Below, piece after piece: positions 9,681 through 18,513 of a stretch of 64,000 nt of DNA. Each line of letters opens with the position of its first letter. Within the stretch, counting starts at the first letter, position 1. A model generated the notes under the pieces. It searched no databases, was not told where the DNA came from, and saw only the letters and a list, made by a program, of their open reading frames with translations. The stretch comes from Bacteroidota bacterium (GTDB lineage Bacteria; Bacteroidota; Bacteroidia; UBA7662), in NCBI GenBank assembly GCA_005799065.1, contig SYHW01000038.1:6431-70430 (forward strand), read 5' to 3'. The translations under genes and the position numbers were made by a program.

Positions 9681-12560
9681 TCAGAATCGAAGCCCGGCCC
9701 CGAACATGACATGACGCAACGGCATGTAGCGTGCCGGATTGTCGGGTGGCGTATTGCCCGAACGAAAATCGCGGGGGTCGAGGTATGCCGGATCACGCCA
9801 GGAAGAAGGCACTGCATCGCCCACTTCCCAGGCACGCCCCGTTACCGGATTGGGAATCAGCGTGTTTTTTTGGTTGAATAAATTGGTGACCTGGCAGGTG
9901 AACTCCAACCGACTTCTTTTTCCGAGCATCCACCATTTTCTCAGGTTCACATCGACCCAGGTGAGGCTTTCACCAAGTCCCGACCAAAGCGCCTGTGGAT
10001 CCGGATCGCGCTCGTAGATTGGTCGACCCGTAACAGGCTCTATGCCCTGATAAATAAAGGGCGTATACCGACGACCTGTCCTCCAAACGCCTTCCACGTA
10101 CAAAGAAATTCGATCAAAGGCCTTCCAGCGGGTGGTTGACTTCCCCAAATTCCGGGTGAACGTGATATTGCCTTTCAAGTCGAACGGACTATCCCAAGCC
10201 AAATACGTTTCGCGTGTGTCTTCCCGATTTCCTGAATTCAGAATCTGACCGAGTGCCTCACTGGCGGATGAACTTTGGCCTGTTGCGGCCATGTAGCTGG
10301 CTGAGGCCTGCCCACTAAACCATTGACCAATACGGCGCAAATAAGTAACCTCCATGCCCCTAACCCGCGCATAGTCGGAATTGATGCGGATGGTGCGTGT
10401 GACCTCGCGACCGGTGAAATCCTTAATCTGTACAGAGGCAGCGGTAATGAAATCGTACTTATCTTTCCAATAGGCCGAAACCGTAAGGGCATCTCGGGTT
10501 CCCAACTGTGAACGAACCCCTAATTCGTATGAGATATCAACCTCAGGATTCAGGTCCGGATTACCCACACGCGATAATACCGAACGATCTTGGTAGAGGG
10601 GGTTTAATCCCTGATACACCCAACTGGGATGGGGCAAAATCATGGAGTGGTTGTAGTTGAAGAACAACACTTGGTTTTCGCGGATAGGAAAGGAAGCGGA
10701 TATCTTAGGGAGGAGGCGCATTTTCATCCGTTGACCAAATACCTGAATGGTGTTGCGCAAGTAGGCATCACGAAATTCCTGGCGAATGGGGGCACGCGGA
10801 TCGAGAACCGCATCATCCACGAAGCGGCCGGGGAACCAATACTCCAACCTGCCCCCAAATTCTGCTACAAGTCCCCTAAATTTCAGTTTATTGGAAGCAT
10901 AGAATGCGCCTCGGGCCGGTTTTACCTCCCATACATCGCTGTAATCGCCCAATCGAAAACTCTGGCTGATGGTGCCGTCGGGCAGAGGAATGGGGGCTCC
11001 GATCCATGGGCGAACAATATCGATCCACAACAAGTCCTGAAGACGCACTTCGGTACCAAAAATAAGGCGATCACCTCGCGGATTATAGTAATAGTTGCCC
11101 GTCCAACGCAATCCATACTCGTTTACCCGGTGGTCATGCCAAAGAGTGCCGATCCCCCCATTGTTGTAGAGGCCCGGACCGGGGTAGACGAATACCTGAG
11201 AGTCAGCCGGATTGAAGAAGCCCACAGGGAAGGTCACTATGCTGGCTGGATCGAACTCGGCATCTACATTCTTGGGGCGCCACGCACGTCCATTGGCATC
11301 GGCGCGCAGGCGCACAAACAGACGCGACAAATTGGCCGTGTAGGAGAATTTCTTGCTGGTGGTATGGGTGAAATTCACCGATTCAAGATTGGTATCGTGC
11401 GTATAGGTGTTGGCGCGATCGGGTTGAAGCATGAAATCGAACTGAAAACCCGGCAGGAAGGGCACATCATTGCCGATGATGCGCAGCATATTCACGTCTT
11501 GGTTGATGGTAAGCGAGCGCAGGTAATTGACACTTAAGCGCATGCCTGGCTTAAATTCGTAATCGAACTTCAACATACCGGCCCAACGGTTGTCTTGGTA
11601 GGGCGAAAATGCCGCATCGGGATAAAGGGAAGAAGTGACCTGATTGGCAGGCCGACGAAAATACTGATCGTCGAAACTGCCTTTGAAGGAGGCAAAAACA
11701 CGCACAGGTCTGGGAAGAACCCCCTTCAACGATCCACCTGCTGTCGCTTCATAGATGGAGTTGCCCCAAACCGACTGCCATGAATTCGTAAACCCAAGAC
11801 GATCGCGTCGGTGATTGAAACTAAACTCGGTGCGATCTCCCCCTGACCGGGTACGGGTCTTAACAATTCCGGAAGTTCCGTCGCCATAGGCCACATCACC
11901 CCCACCGGTGGTGACATCGATTCCTTCCACGGAATTGGTACCCAGGTCGATCCCAAATCCGGTTCCGGCCAAAGGGTCGGTGGCTGACACCCCATCTATG
12001 ATGAAGGCCGTTTCGTAGGTTCTACCACCCCGTATACTCAGTCCTTCGGGGTTCAAAACCACCCCCGCCTGGGTATTCAACACCCCTTGAAGTTGGCGCA
12101 CGGGGGCATTTTCAATTGATTCCTGCGATACACGCTGCTCCGATTTCGATTGATCGAGGTCTACCAAAGGTTTTTCGCCTACCACCACCACTTCCTGATC
12201 GAGGGTTAATGCACTCGGTGCGAGACTTACATCGAGCCGCGTGGGCTGATTACCGCTGATTTTTATCCCGGTAAACAGTTTTTTTTCATAACCCAGGTAA
12301 CTCACTTCGATTTGATAGACGCCTACGGGCACTTTGTTCAGATTATACTGCCCGTTGATATCTGTCGAGACCCCAAAGGTGGTACCTTTAACAACCACAT
12401 TCACTCCTATTAAAGGCATTCTGTCCTTGGCGTCGGTTACCGTTCCTTGTATGCCCTGGCTAAATCCCATTCGTGCACCCAGGATGAATGCAAGCAGGAT
12501 GAATGCAAGCATGATCAAAAGCCTGCGTAGGCTTGTTAAAAGCGCGGGGGTCTTAAGCAT
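9681..12560 (-). CDS. TonB-dependent outer-membrane receptor with an N-terminal carboxypeptidase-regulatory-like domain
   Basis: GTVTD...PLIGVNVVVKGTTFGVSTDINGQY (CarbopepD_reg), a plug region, and a C-terminal aromatic residue ...FGAGLRF. An alternative ATG lies at 12593. Confidence 0.88.
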   Translation of the reverse strand: MLKTPALLTSLRRLLIMLAFILLAFILGARMGFSQGIQGTVTDAKDRMPLIGVNVVVKGTTFGVSTDINGQYNLNKVPVGVYQIEVSYLGYEKKLFTGIKISGNQPTRLDVSLAPSALTLDQEVVVVGEKPLVDLDQSKSEQRVSQESIENAPVRQLQGVLNTQAGVVLNPEGLSIRGGRTYETAFIIDGVSATDPLAGTGFGIDLGTNSVEGIDVTTGGGDVAYGDGTSGIVKTRTRSGGDRTEFSFNHRRDRLGFTNSWQSVWGNSIYEATAGGSLKGVLPRPVRVFASFKGSFDDQYFRRPANQVTSSLYPDAAFSPYQDNRWAGMLKFDYEFKPGMRLSVNYLRSLTINQDVNMLRIIGNDVPFLPGFQFDFMLQPDRANTYTHDTNLESVNFTHTTSKKFSYTANLSRLFVRLRADANGRAWRPKNVDAEFDPASIVTFPVGFFNPADSQVFVYPGPGLYNNGGIGTLWHDHRVNEYGLRWTGNYYYNPRGDRLIFGTEVRLQDLLWIDIVRPWIGAPIPLPDGTISQSFRLGDYSDVWEVKPARGAFYASNKLKFRGLVAEFGGRLEYWFPGRFVDDAVLDPRAPIRQEFRDAYLRNTIQVFGQRMKMRLLPKISASFPIRENQVLFFNYNHSMILPHPSWVYQGLNPLYQDRSVLSRVGNPDLNPEVDISYELGVRSQLGTRDALTVSAYWKDKYDFITAASVQIKDFTGREVTRTIRINSDYARVRGMEVTYLRRIGQWFSGQASASYMAATGQSSSASEALGQILNSGNREDTRETYLAWDSPFDLKGNITFTRNLGKSTTRWKAFDRISLYVEGVWRTGRRYTPFIYQGIEPVTGRPIYERDPDPQALWSGLGESLTWVDVNLRKWWMLGKRSRLEFTCQVTNLFNQKNTLIPNPVTGRAWEVGDAVPSSWRDPAYLDPRDFRSGNTPPDNPARYMPLRHVMFGAGLRF
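12481..12510. repeat. Perfect 15-bp tandem duplication inside the TonB-receptor signal peptide
   Basis: aggatgaatgcaagc x2 encodes LAFIL-LAFIL in the hydrophobic core. Confidence 0.85.
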
Positions 12561-12623
12561 ATTTCGTGGCCAAAAATGGGGGGTTTGCACCATTATTCCA
12601 ATATCCAGAAATACTTTTCATGA

Positions 12624-13253
12624 TCAAGGGGTGCATTCGGTGATGCCATAAGGATACTCCCGCTCAATGAGTGATTTGATTTTATCAAAATCCTGTGGAT
12701 GCTGCACAAAATCGACCTCTGCAGTGTTCAACAGCAGGCATTTGAGACCGCTCGCTTGTGCCATAAATTGGCGGTAGCTTTCATCAATAAAATGAAGGTA
12801 ATCGCCCTCGATTTTCTGTTCGTAGTCGCGCCCGCGCTCAGCGATCTGTTGCAAAAGGCGCGGCACCGGGGTCGATAGATAAACAAACAAATGGGGTTGC
12901 GGGAGGCGTTGGTTGATGATTCCGAAAAGTTGGCTGAACAGCCCAAATTCTTCTGGATCGAGCGTACGGCGTGCAAAAATGAGCGATTTGTAGAAGCTAT
13001 AGTCGGCCACCAGCCCTCGACGACGCACATCAGGCTCACTCAGCTCGTCTTGCATCTGCCTATACCGCTCTGCCAGGAATGATGTTTCCAGGGAAAAGGC
13101 ATAGCGCTCTGGTTTGTCGTAGAACCGAGGGAGGAAAGGATTATCCATGAACTGCTCAAACAAAGAAGGCGTCGACCAACAATCCGCTAAAAGCCGAACA
13201 AGCGTGGTTTTTCCCGCACCGATATTGCCTTCCACCACGATGTATTTATTCAT
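12624..13253 (-). CDS. Deoxynucleoside kinase
   Basis: MNKYIVVEGNIGAGKTTL P-loop and the ERY...SF.. dNK pattern. The ATG at 13253 is preferred over the TTG at 13262. Confidence 0.85.
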   Translation of the reverse strand: MNKYIVVEGNIGAGKTTLVRLLADCWSTPSLFEQFMDNPFLPRFYDKPERYAFSLETSFLAERYRQMQDELSEPDVRRRGLVADYSFYKSLIFARRTLDPEEFGLFSQLFGIINQRLPQPHLFVYLSTPVPRLLQQIAERGRDYEQKIEGDYLHFIDESYRQFMAQASGLKCLLLNTAEVDFVQHPQDFDKIKSLIEREYPYGITECTP

Positions 13254-13298
13254 TCCGCACAAAAATAGGTCAAATCCACTTTGTTTAACTGCCGTTTT

Positions 13299-13781
13299 TC
13301 AGGCTACATGATGCAGCTGTACCGATGATTCATCTAGACAATCGGCCAACAGATCCGCAACTGATTTTCCGGTAATGGGATGGCGCCATTCGGAGGCAAT
13401 TTCTGCCATGGGTATGAGCGCAAAACGCCTTTGCGACAAGCGTGAATGGGGTATCTGGAGATCGGGTTGGCTCACCCATTGAGACCCATAGACCAAAATG
13501 TCGATATCGATCTCACGATTGCCCCATCGGTCAGTGGCCCGTCGACCGATTTGTTGTTCAATCTTCTTCAACGATTGCAACAATTGAAATGGGTTCAAAA
13601 CACTAGAAAAGCGATGGGCCTGATTCAAAAATGAACCCTGGGCAACCCCACCCCAAGCGGCTGTTTCCCAAATTTGAGAGGACGCTATAGGGGCCCCCAA
13701 TAGCCCAGACACTGCCGAATGGGCCTCTTTGAGGTATTCCTCTCGTTTTCCGACATTACTGCCCATCAACAAAACAAGCAT
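13299..13781 (-). CDS. folK: 2-amino-4-hydroxy-6-hydroxymethyldihydropteridine diphosphokinase (HPPK)
   Basis: LLMGSNVG..., REIDIDILVY and IPHSRLSQRRFALIPMAEI. An alternative GTG start lies at 13787. Confidence 0.88.
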   Translation of the reverse strand: MLVLLMGSNVGKREEYLKEAHSAVSGLLGAPIASSQIWETAAWGGVAQGSFLNQAHRFSSVLNPFQLLQSLKKIEQQIGRRATDRWGNREIDIDILVYGSQWVSQPDLQIPHSRLSQRRFALIPMAEIASEWRHPITGKSVADLLADCLDESSVQLHHVA

Positions 13782-13928
13782 TTCCACTTGGGCAAATTTA
13801 GATTCTAATTAGGGCGAGACTACCTCGGAATATCTATTTTTGTTTTGTTTTTCCGTACAAGTGCATACACACCAGTTCGTATTAAAATTTTTTCAGTACT
13901 TGGTGATGCATAGTACCTAATGGCCCTT

Positions 13929-13936
13929 TATCTTTG
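13929..13936 (+). promoter_or_regulatory. Candidate Bacteroidota -7 promoter box (TATCTTTG) for sppA
   Basis: Matches TAnnTTTG 33 nt upstream of the ATG at 13969. A TTG sits at 13900-13902. Confidence 0.3.
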
Positions 13937-13968
13937 CCCCAACCATTTTAAAAATATTAAATCAAACA

Positions 13969-15726
13969 ATGCTAAAATTTCTGCGTCTCGTATTGGCCAT
14001 CATAACGGCCCAAATGGTGATTACCGTGTTTTCAATTCTTGTCATCGTTGCGATTGTGGCCGCAGTTTCTTCAGGCGATGAATCTGAGATCGCTGACAAC
14101 AGCATACTTCATCTTTCTTTCGACCAGCCCATTGTAGACCGGGCAACGGAAAACCCGCTGGCCGGACTTGATTTGATGTCGGGCAGTGGACCGGAGGAAA
14201 GCACCTCTTTGTTTGAGGTCAGAAGAGCCTTGCGCAAAGCCGCCACCGACGATAAAATCAAAGGTATATTCCTCGATTTGGACAATGTGGCAGTCGGAGG
14301 AACCATGCGCTCTGTTCTGCTGGATGACCTGGTGGCCTTCAAAAAAAGCGGCAAGTTTATCTATGCCTATGCTGAAAACTACGATCAGGCCTCCTATCAT
14401 CTGGCAAGTGCGGCCGATAGTATTTTTATGATGCCCATGGGCAGCCTTATGTGGAATGGACTTGCATCGAGTCCGATCTTCCTACAGGGCATGCTCGAAA
14501 AACTCGACATCGAAGTGAAGTTGATTCGCGTGGGTAAGTACAAATCAGCCGGCGAACCCTTCATTCGCAAAGACCTGAGCGCCGATAACCGCCTGCAAAT
14601 GGAAAGTTATATGAACGATTTATATGCAGACTACCTGCAGCAGGTGTCGAAGAACAGTGGTCTATCAACCGATTCTTTGCGGCGCATGGCGGATCGTTTG
14701 GATATTCGTACGGATCGTGACGCACTGGATAAAGGAATGGTTCACGCCCTATGGCACCGCGATGAAGTACTGGAAATGCTTGCTCAGAAAACAAAGGCTA
14801 AGAACATTGAGAAAATTAAGTTTGCCCGTTTGGGTGAATATCTGGGAAGTCTGGAAGAAGACGAAAACGAGTCCAAAAATGAAATCGCTGTGGTGTATGC
14901 CAATGGGGAAATTAGTGGAGGAGAAGGCGACGACGAGAACATCGGCAGCGAGCGCCTATCGGCTACCCTCCGCAAGGCCCGCCTCGACGACGACGTTAAA
15001 GCGGTGGTCTTGCGCGTGAATTCGCCCGGTGGCGATGCATTGGCAAGCGAGGTGATCCGCCGTGAATTGGTTTTGCTCAATAAAAAGAAGCCCCTGGTGG
15101 TGAGTATGGGCAATGTAGCCGCATCGGGTGGATATTGGATTGCGGCCGATGCCGATTCCATTTTCGCTGAACCCACCACCATCACCGGTTCTATTGGGGT
15201 GTTCGGGTTGGTGCCTGATTTCAGTGGTTTCTTCGCCAACAAGACCGGAATCACCTTCGACCGGGTGGTGACAGGCCCATATGCCGACATCATGAGTGGC
15301 GTACGCCCCATGCGTGCCGATGAGGAGGCCATCATACAAGCTTCGGTGAACAAGGTGTATGACGACTTCATCAAACTGGTAGCAACTGGCCGAAGTCTCC
15401 GTTCGGATAGTGTGCAGGCCATGGCACAAGGAAGGGTATACACAGGCCGACAGGCGCTGGCATTAGGACTGGTTGACCAACTCGGTACTGAAGAGGACGC
15501 TCTGGCGTGCGCGTCGCGATTGGCTAAGGTAACCGACTACAAAATCCGTCGTATGCCAACGCCCAAGGACCCGTTCGACGAAATTCTAAACAAATGGTCG
15601 GGTAATGCGGCTAAAAACCAGATGGTTGAAAATCTTGGTGCATTGTACGCACCCGTTCAAACAGCCAGTCAGGCACTCCGAAGCCAAGGTATTCTTGCCC
15701 GCATGGAATACGTGCCAACCTACTGA
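13969..15726 (+). CDS. sppA: Signal peptide peptidase SppA, 67K type
   Basis: N-terminal TM helix, two ClpP/crotonase-like halves, and GNVAASGGYWIA with the catalytic Ser. Length is 585 aa. Confidence 0.9.
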   Translation: MLKFLRLVLAIITAQMVITVFSILVIVAIVAAVSSGDESEIADNSILHLSFDQPIVDRATENPLAGLDLMSGSGPEESTSLFEVRRALRKAATDDKIKGIFLDLDNVAVGGTMRSVLLDDLVAFKKSGKFIYAYAENYDQASYHLASAADSIFMMPMGSLMWNGLASSPIFLQGMLEKLDIEVKLIRVGKYKSAGEPFIRKDLSADNRLQMESYMNDLYADYLQQVSKNSGLSTDSLRRMADRLDIRTDRDALDKGMVHALWHRDEVLEMLAQKTKAKNIEKIKFARLGEYLGSLEEDENESKNEIAVVYANGEISGGEGDDENIGSERLSATLRKARLDDDVKAVVLRVNSPGGDALASEVIRRELVLLNKKKPLVVSMGNVAASGGYWIAADADSIFAEPTTITGSIGVFGLVPDFSGFFANKTGITFDRVVTGPYADIMSGVRPMRADEEAIIQASVNKVYDDFIKLVATGRSLRSDSVQAMAQGRVYTGRQALALGLVDQLGTEEDALACASRLAKVTDYKIRRMPTPKDPFDEILNKWSGNAAKNQMVENLGALYAPVQTASQALRSQGILARMEYVPTY

Positions 15727-15736
15727 AATCAGTTCG

Positions 15737-16765
15737 TTGAAGATTCTGATCATCCGCTTTAGCTCGTTGGGTGATATGGTGCTGACCACACCTGTCATCC
15801 GGGCAATTGCTGATCATTACCCCAAGGCCGAAATTCACTACCTCACTAAGGTTCAGCATTATGAGGTCATCAAGGCCCATCCGCTCATCACGCGCATACA
15901 TTTGATCAACAAAAGCGGAAAAGAGTTGATGCCTGCACTTCAGGCAGAGTGTTTCGACTATATCATCGATCTGCACCACAACCTGAGAAGCCGTCCGTTT
16001 AAGTGGTTTTTGTCGGGAAAGAAATACAGTTTTCGCAAACTGAACATTGAGAAATGGCTGCGGGTGCAGTGCGGCATCGACATCCTTCCCCGTGTGCATA
16101 TTGTGGAACGCTATTTGGAAACCTTAACCCCCTTAGGTATTCCGAAAACGCCCTTACCCCTCGAATACTTTATTCCTCAAGAGGATCAAATTGATGTAGG
16201 CCAGTTGTTTGAGAACGCTGATGTCAAGAACCTGAATTTTGTCAATCATAAGGCCCCCTCCTACGGCGTGTATGCATTGGGTGGACAACACGCCACCAAA
16301 CGACTACCTGAAGATCTGATCATCGCGCTTTGCCGGTCGGTTCGTGCACCGCTGATTTTGCTGGGCGGCAAAGGCGACCAGGCAACAGCAGAACGGGTAG
16401 TGAAGGCATCGAACAACCCCTATTTATTTTCGTTTTGCGGCCGTTTCAACATCAATCAGTCGGCCGATGTAGTGCGGCAAGCACAGGTGCTGATCACCCA
16501 CGATTCGGTCATGATGCATATAGGCTCTGCCTTCGCCCGTCCTACATTGGCCATTTGGGGCAATACGATTCCTGAATTTGGTATGTACGCCTGGCAGCCC
16601 GTAAATCCCCAAAACGTACAGTCCTTTGAAATCAACGGGCTCAATTGCCGTCCTTGCTCCAAAATAGGCTTTGATACGTGTCCGAAAGGCCACTTCAAAT
16701 GCATGCGCAACCAACCCATCGATGCCATACGCCACACCTTTCATCAGCTGATGACCAACGAATAA
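15737..16765 (+). CDS. Glycosyltransferase family 9 (heptosyltransferase-like)
   Basis: LKILIIRFSSLGDMVLTTPVIRA is a typical GT9 N-terminus. The in-frame TTG at 15737 lies just after the sppA stop. The ORF-track start at 15605 would overlap sppA by 122 nt. Confidence 0.8.
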   Translation: MKILIIRFSSLGDMVLTTPVIRAIADHYPKAEIHYLTKVQHYEVIKAHPLITRIHLINKSGKELMPALQAECFDYIIDLHHNLRSRPFKWFLSGKKYSFRKLNIEKWLRVQCGIDILPRVHIVERYLETLTPLGIPKTPLPLEYFIPQEDQIDVGQLFENADVKNLNFVNHKAPSYGVYALGGQHATKRLPEDLIIALCRSVRAPLILLGGKGDQATAERVVKASNNPYLFSFCGRFNINQSADVVRQAQVLITHDSVMMHIGSAFARPTLAIWGNTIPEFGMYAWQPVNPQNVQSFEINGLNCRPCSKIGFDTCPKGHFKCMRNQPIDAIRHTFHQLMTNE

Positions 16766-16799
16766 CCAGTCCGCTGCATTTCCTTTCTATTTTCGTGCC

Positions 16800-17663
16800 A
16801 TGAAATCGACTGAATGGATGCGTACTCCGCTGGGCGCTGTCTACCATCTGAACCTGATGCCCGAACAAGTAGCAGATACAATTCTGCTGGTGGGCGATCC
16901 CGATCGGGTCGAAAAAGTAAGCCAGTATTTCGACTTTGTTGAATACAAGGTTCGGCAACGCGAGTTTGTGACCCATACCGGGCAGTTGGGCACGAGCCGT
17001 ATATCGGTCATCGGAACGGGCATTGGCACCGACAACATAGACATCGTACTCAATGAGCTCGACTCGCTCCACAACCTCGATTTTGTGGATGAACAACCGC
17101 TCAACCCGCCTAAATCTTTACGTCTGATCCGTCTGGGCACATCGGGTGCCATACAGGATGATGTTGAAGTGGGCTCCCTACTTTGTTCTTCCTTGGCTCT
17201 TGGTCTCGATGGCTTGATGCCGTTCTACGCCGATCCCGAAGATTCAGCCTATCTCGGTCAGACAAAAGCACTGCTCGACCGCATCCCCGAGATCAAACAA
17301 ACCGCCATACCAGTATTATATCGGGCAGATCCCGATCTGCTGAAGCAATTGGCACGAACAGACCTGCCCCAAGGACTTACCCTGACTTGTGCAGGTTTCT
17401 ATGCACCCCAAGGCCGTAGACTCCGAATCCCCCCGAGAATCGACCACTTCATCGAACAATTAGCGGCATTTCAATTTCCCAACGGCATGCGGATCACCAA
17501 TATGGAAATGGAAACCGCTGGCATTTACGGACTCGCTCGGCTTATGGGGCATCGGGCTGTTTCGGTGAGTGCCATACTTGCCAACCGCGCCACAGGCGAA
17601 CGATGCCCAAATCCAGAAAAGGTTATCGACCGAATGATCCAAACCATTTTGGAGCGCTTGTGA
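16800..17663 (+). CDS. Nucleoside phosphorylase (PNP/UDP family)
   Basis: LLVGDPDRV, RLGTSGA and NMEMETAGIYGLA. Confidence 0.8.
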   Translation: MKSTEWMRTPLGAVYHLNLMPEQVADTILLVGDPDRVEKVSQYFDFVEYKVRQREFVTHTGQLGTSRISVIGTGIGTDNIDIVLNELDSLHNLDFVDEQPLNPPKSLRLIRLGTSGAIQDDVEVGSLLCSSLALGLDGLMPFYADPEDSAYLGQTKALLDRIPEIKQTAIPVLYRADPDLLKQLARTDLPQGLTLTCAGFYAPQGRRLRIPPRIDHFIEQLAAFQFPNGMRITNMEMETAGIYGLARLMGHRAVSVSAILANRATGERCPNPEKVIDRMIQTILERL

Positions 17664-17727
17664 TTCGTTGATCTTTGGGCATTTAAAAGATAGCCAGAAC
17701 GGTTTTCTACAGGGCATACGTGTATCA

Positions 17728-17871
17728 CCTACAAAGACAAAATTGCCCACAGATAAACAACCGCCTACAGAGACCCAATCGCCTACAGAGACCCAACCGC
17801 CCACAGAGACCCAACCGCCTACAGATAAACAACCGCCTACAGATAAACAACCGCCTACAGAGACCCGACCG
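17728..17871. repeat. 18-bp tandem repeat, 8 copies in two alternating sequence variants
   Basis: Variants are cctacagagacccaaccg and cctacagataaacaaccg. Units start at 17728, 17746, 17764, 17782, 17800, 17818, 17836 and 17854. The array lies between convergent genes, and the last unit contains the stop of the minus-strand phosphatase gene. Confidence 0.9.
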
Positions 17872-18472
17872 CTTTCAAATGCCTGCGGTCGTCGGCGACC
17901 CGTATTTGACCCCGCGCGCCATCCCAATCCAGCACATACAAACTTAAGTTGGTGTGGGTGAAGCTTTCCATCTGCGACAACGGTTGCTGTGTTAGTTGGC
18001 AGAGCATGAGCCGAAGTGCCCGGCCGTGCATACACACCAATATGCGTTGAGCTGTTCCCGAACGCCAGGAATGAAGTGCCTGTTGCTGCCGAAGCGCCAC
18101 CTCCGCAGGCGATTCCCCAAAATGTGGTGCCCGATGGTAGTCGCCACCCGTCCACGCTTCGATCATTTCACGGTAGGTTTCGGCATAGACCGTATAGGGC
18201 TGCCCTTCCACCTCACCCCAATTGAATTCATCGAGCGCAGCCAACTCCTTACAGGGCAGACCCGCATCCAAATACCCTTGTATCGTTTGCTTGGTGCGCT
18301 TTAGGGTCGAGCAATAAACCACATCAAAAAAATCCGAAGGATAGGCCCTCAAAAAGGCCTCGGCCTGTTGCATTCCCCGTTCATTGAGGGAAGAATCGAT
18401 GCCACGTCCTTGGATTTTCCCGGAGGCATTGTACTCCGTTTCCCCGTGTCGGATGATGTATAAATTGTACAT
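17855..18472 (-). CDS. Histidine phosphatase family protein (phosphoglycerate-mutase-like)
   Basis: YIIRHGETEYN catalytic RHG motif and a later CMHGRALR motif. Confidence 0.85.
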   Translation of the reverse strand: MYNLYIIRHGETEYNASGKIQGRGIDSSLNERGMQQAEAFLRAYPSDFFDVVYCSTLKRTKQTIQGYLDAGLPCKELAALDEFNWGEVEGQPYTVYAETYREMIEAWTGGDYHRAPHFGESPAEVALRQQQALHSWRSGTAQRILVCMHGRALRLMLCQLTQQPLSQMESFTHTNLSLYVLDWDGARGQIRVADDRRHLKAVGSL

Positions 18473-18513
18473 AGCTTATTTAATTACAACACTTTTACGC
18501 TCGATTTTATCAA

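Noticed and set aside
10629-11537. 302-aa plus-strand ORF
   Set aside because: It lies entirely antisense to the well-supported TonB-dependent receptor gene. It has no recognisable motifs and is a typical shadow ORF in a GC-richer gene.
14784-15443. 219-aa minus-strand ORF (and the 157-aa ORF at 14956-15429)
   Set aside because: Both are antisense to sppA, whose protein shows clear family motifs. The translated products are low-complexity Ser/Ala/Arg-rich sequence.
15605-15736. Apparent 122-nt overlap between sppA and the GT9 gene, suggesting a frameshift or fusion
   Set aside because: The overlap is resolved by an in-frame TTG at 15737, immediately before the conserved LKILIIRFSSLGD N-terminus. 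The upstream extension has no GT9 similarity.
17728-17871. Possible CRISPR array
   Set aside because: The units are directly adjacent with no spacers. The 18-bp period is far shorter than CRISPR repeats, and no cas genes or leader are present.
17460-18155. 231-aa minus-strand ORF and the 97- and 75-aa plus-strand ORFs reading through the 18-bp repeat
   Set aside because: They stay open only because the repeat period is a multiple of 3. They overlap the ends of two well-supported genes and have no convincing start, signal peptide or domain.
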